Source of the DNA: an uncultured Chlorobiaceae bacterium
GTDB lineage: Bacteria; Bacteroidota; Chlorobiia; Chlorobiales; Chlorobiaceae
Direction of reading: 5' to 3'
DNA: 64,000 nucleotides
NCBI GenBank assembly: GCA_903836465.1
Contig: CAILRB010000044.1
Coordinates: 3,816-67,815, forward strand
Position numbers and translations under genes: made by a program
Shown here: one piece after another, positions 62,254-64,000 of the stretch
Position numbering within the stretch: position 1 is the first letter of the stretch
Layout: each line of letters begins with the position of its first letter
The notes under the pieces: generated by a model
Databases searched by the model: none
What the model was told of the DNA's origin: nothing
What the model saw: only the letters and a program-made list of their open reading frames with translations

Positions 62254-63110
62254 ATCATTTCTTTCACCCCATTTTTCCCGGTCATCATAACCGCAACCAA
62301 AATCAAGCCATAGATAATTTGCCGCATGTTAGCTGCAATGCTATCAGGCATACCGACAAAGCGGAGTGCTTCGGGTAGCAAGACTAAAAATGCTGAGGCA
62401 AAAAAACTGCCGGCGAGGTTGCCAAGGCCGCCAATGATGACGATGGAGAGAACAAAAATAGATTCGTTGACCGTGAAGCTGGTCGGGTCAATGTATGAGA
62501 TATAATGGGCATACAACGTTCCTGGGATGGATGCCAGCATGGCACTCAACATGAACGAGACTGTCTTTGAGAGGTAAACATTTTTACCGATGCTTTGGCT
62601 GTAAATTTCGTCTTCGCTGATTGCGGTCAATGTTTTCCCAAAACCTGATCGGGATATATTCCGCAAAAGAAGCCATATAACAACAACAAAGAAGAGTGAG
62701 AGTAACAGAAATGGAATTTTGCTTTCGACACTGAAACCGAAAAATTGAATGGAAGGAATACCGGGAATACCGAGCGGCCCTCTGGTCAACTCCATCCAGT
62801 TATTCATGATAGAGAAAAGAATAACCTGAATGCCGAGGGTACAAATGATAAAATAATCATCCACTGTGCGCAATGCAATAAGAGAGACAATAAAAGCGAT
62901 AAACCCACTGATAAGCATTGCCAGTGGAATACTTGGCCAGAATGAAAAACCATAGTATGTCGAAAGAATGGCTGTTGTGTATGCGCCAATGCCATAGAAC
63001 CCGGCATGGGTCAAAGAGATAAGCCCTGCAAATCCTGCAGAGAGATTCAGGCTTTGTGAAAGCATGGTGTAAAAGCAGATCAAAATGAAAAGGTGTAAAA
63101 CATATTCCAT
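62220..63110 (-). CDS. Branched-chain amino acid ABC permease, LivM-like
   Basis: SLNLSAGFAGLISLTHAGFYGIGAY, DYFIICTLG, TRGPLGIPGIP, IVIIGGLG. Confidence 0.9.
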   Translation of the reverse strand: MEYVLHLFILICFYTMLSQSLNLSAGFAGLISLTHAGFYGIGAYTTAILSTYYGFSFWPSIPLAMLISGFIAFIVSLIALRTVDDYFIICTLGIQVILFSIMNNWMELTRGPLGIPGIPSIQFFGFSVESKIPFLLLSLFFVVVIWLLLRNISRSGFGKTLTAISEDEIYSQSIGKNVYLSKTVSFMLSAMLASIPGTLYAHYISYIDPTSFTVNESIFVLSIVIIGGLGNLAGSFFASAFLVLLPEALRFVGMPDSIAANMRQIIYGLILVAVMMTGKNGVKEMIYNSRDNTSRL

Positions 63111-63113
63111 TCG

Positions 63114-63989
63114 CTACACCTCCACTTTTTTCAGTCGTTTACCACTAAAGCCAAGTGGCTTCCAGATCAAAAACAGAATGAGAATAACATAGGTAACGGC
63201 ATCCATCCATTTTGTATCTAAGTAAAACGCCGCAAGATGTTGTGCTGTTGCTACCAAGAGCGATCCTGCAAGTAACCCTCTTGTGCTGCCAACACCTCCG
63301 ATAATCATAGCAACAACGCCATACAGTAAGAGATTGAAACCAAATGTTGGTGTCATGTTGGTATCCATTGCAGAAAGTATTCCGGCTATTGCGGCTAAGG
63401 CTGAACCAAGAGTAAAAGCAATGAGAATGACTTTGTTTGATGAAATACCGTAAATATTGCAGAGTTCGGGATTGCTTGAGACTGCACGAATTGATTTACC
63501 AGTTGCAGTGAAATGAAGAAACAGGTTGACTCCAACAAACAATACAAGAGAAACGCAAATTGTTATGATTTGGATGGTTGTAATGTAGGCTCCGAATATC
63601 TGATGCCCGACAGATATTTCTGCGGTGTTGATAACTTTTGTATCGTCTCCAAAATAGAGTGAGATAGTATTTTGCAGTAAAACGTATAAGCCGATCGAAG
63701 CAATCATATATGCTAAAGGCGGGCGATTTCTTTTCCTCATTGGGCGGTACACCAGCAGCTCGCAAAACATGCCAATGAGGGCTGCTGTGGCAATTCCATC
63801 GACAATAGCCAATGGAAAAGGGATAGAAAGTTGAATGGAAAAGAGGTAAACAAGATATGCTGCCGATGTTACAACGGCAGCATGTGCAATGTGAAAGAAT
63901 TTAGTCGGATAGTAAATAAGTGAGTATGAACTTGCGATAAGCAAATAAAGTAATGCACTTAAAGAAATATTAGTGAATACTTGACTCAT
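63114..63989 (-). CDS. Branched-chain amino acid ABC permease, LivH-like
   Basis: FFHIAHA, TGKSIRAVSSNPEL..IYGI, AMIIGGVGS. Confidence 0.9.
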   Translation of the reverse strand: MSQVFTNISLSALLYLLIASSYSLIYYPTKFFHIAHAAVVTSAAYLVYLFSIQLSIPFPLAIVDGIATAALIGMFCELLVYRPMRKRNRPPLAYMIASIGLYVLLQNTISLYFGDDTKVINTAEISVGHQIFGAYITTIQIITICVSLVLFVGVNLFLHFTATGKSIRAVSSNPELCNIYGISSNKVILIAFTLGSALAAIAGILSAMDTNMTPTFGFNLLLYGVVAMIIGGVGSTRGLLAGSLLVATAQHLAAFYLDTKWMDAVTYVILILFLIWKPLGFSGKRLKKVEV

Positions 63990-64000
63990 TGCAATACAAC

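Overview
Chromosomal window that looks like a green sulfur bacterium (Chlorobiaceae), inferred from gene content and protein style and not verified. From left to right: (1) a minus-strand TonB-dependent receptor/FecCD-type ABC uptake operon with a SAM methyltransferase, a signal-less binding-protein homologue and a HypB/UreG-like GTPase, preceded by two ModE-type boxes; moaA and modE lie nearby. (2) A sulfur amino-acid locus. It opens with an unannotated 26-aa leader peptide carrying five tandem Cys codons and a terminator/antiterminator pair. It continues DUF4395-metY-LuxR regulator-cysK-cysE, then a cNMP-domain (Family 2B) encapsulin shell and a cysteine desulfurase with a ~225-aa cargo-loading extension, then a trans-sulfuration enzyme and thiSGHF. 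(3) sucA-sucB-lpdA resembling betaproteobacterial enzymes. (4) hypABFCDE. (5) Housekeeping genes (pyrB, porin, usp, MFS, uvrC, aroE, lspA, tatD, cyclophilin, yggS, PNP, mtnA). (6) A complete cbb3-type oxidase cluster ccoNOQP-G-H-like-I-S-DsbD2. (7) An AT-rich accessory segment running to the window end. The best candidate for an undescribed system is a cysteine-attenuator-gated sulfur assimilation and nanocompartment storage locus. No rRNA, tRNA, CRISPR array or transposase was recognised.
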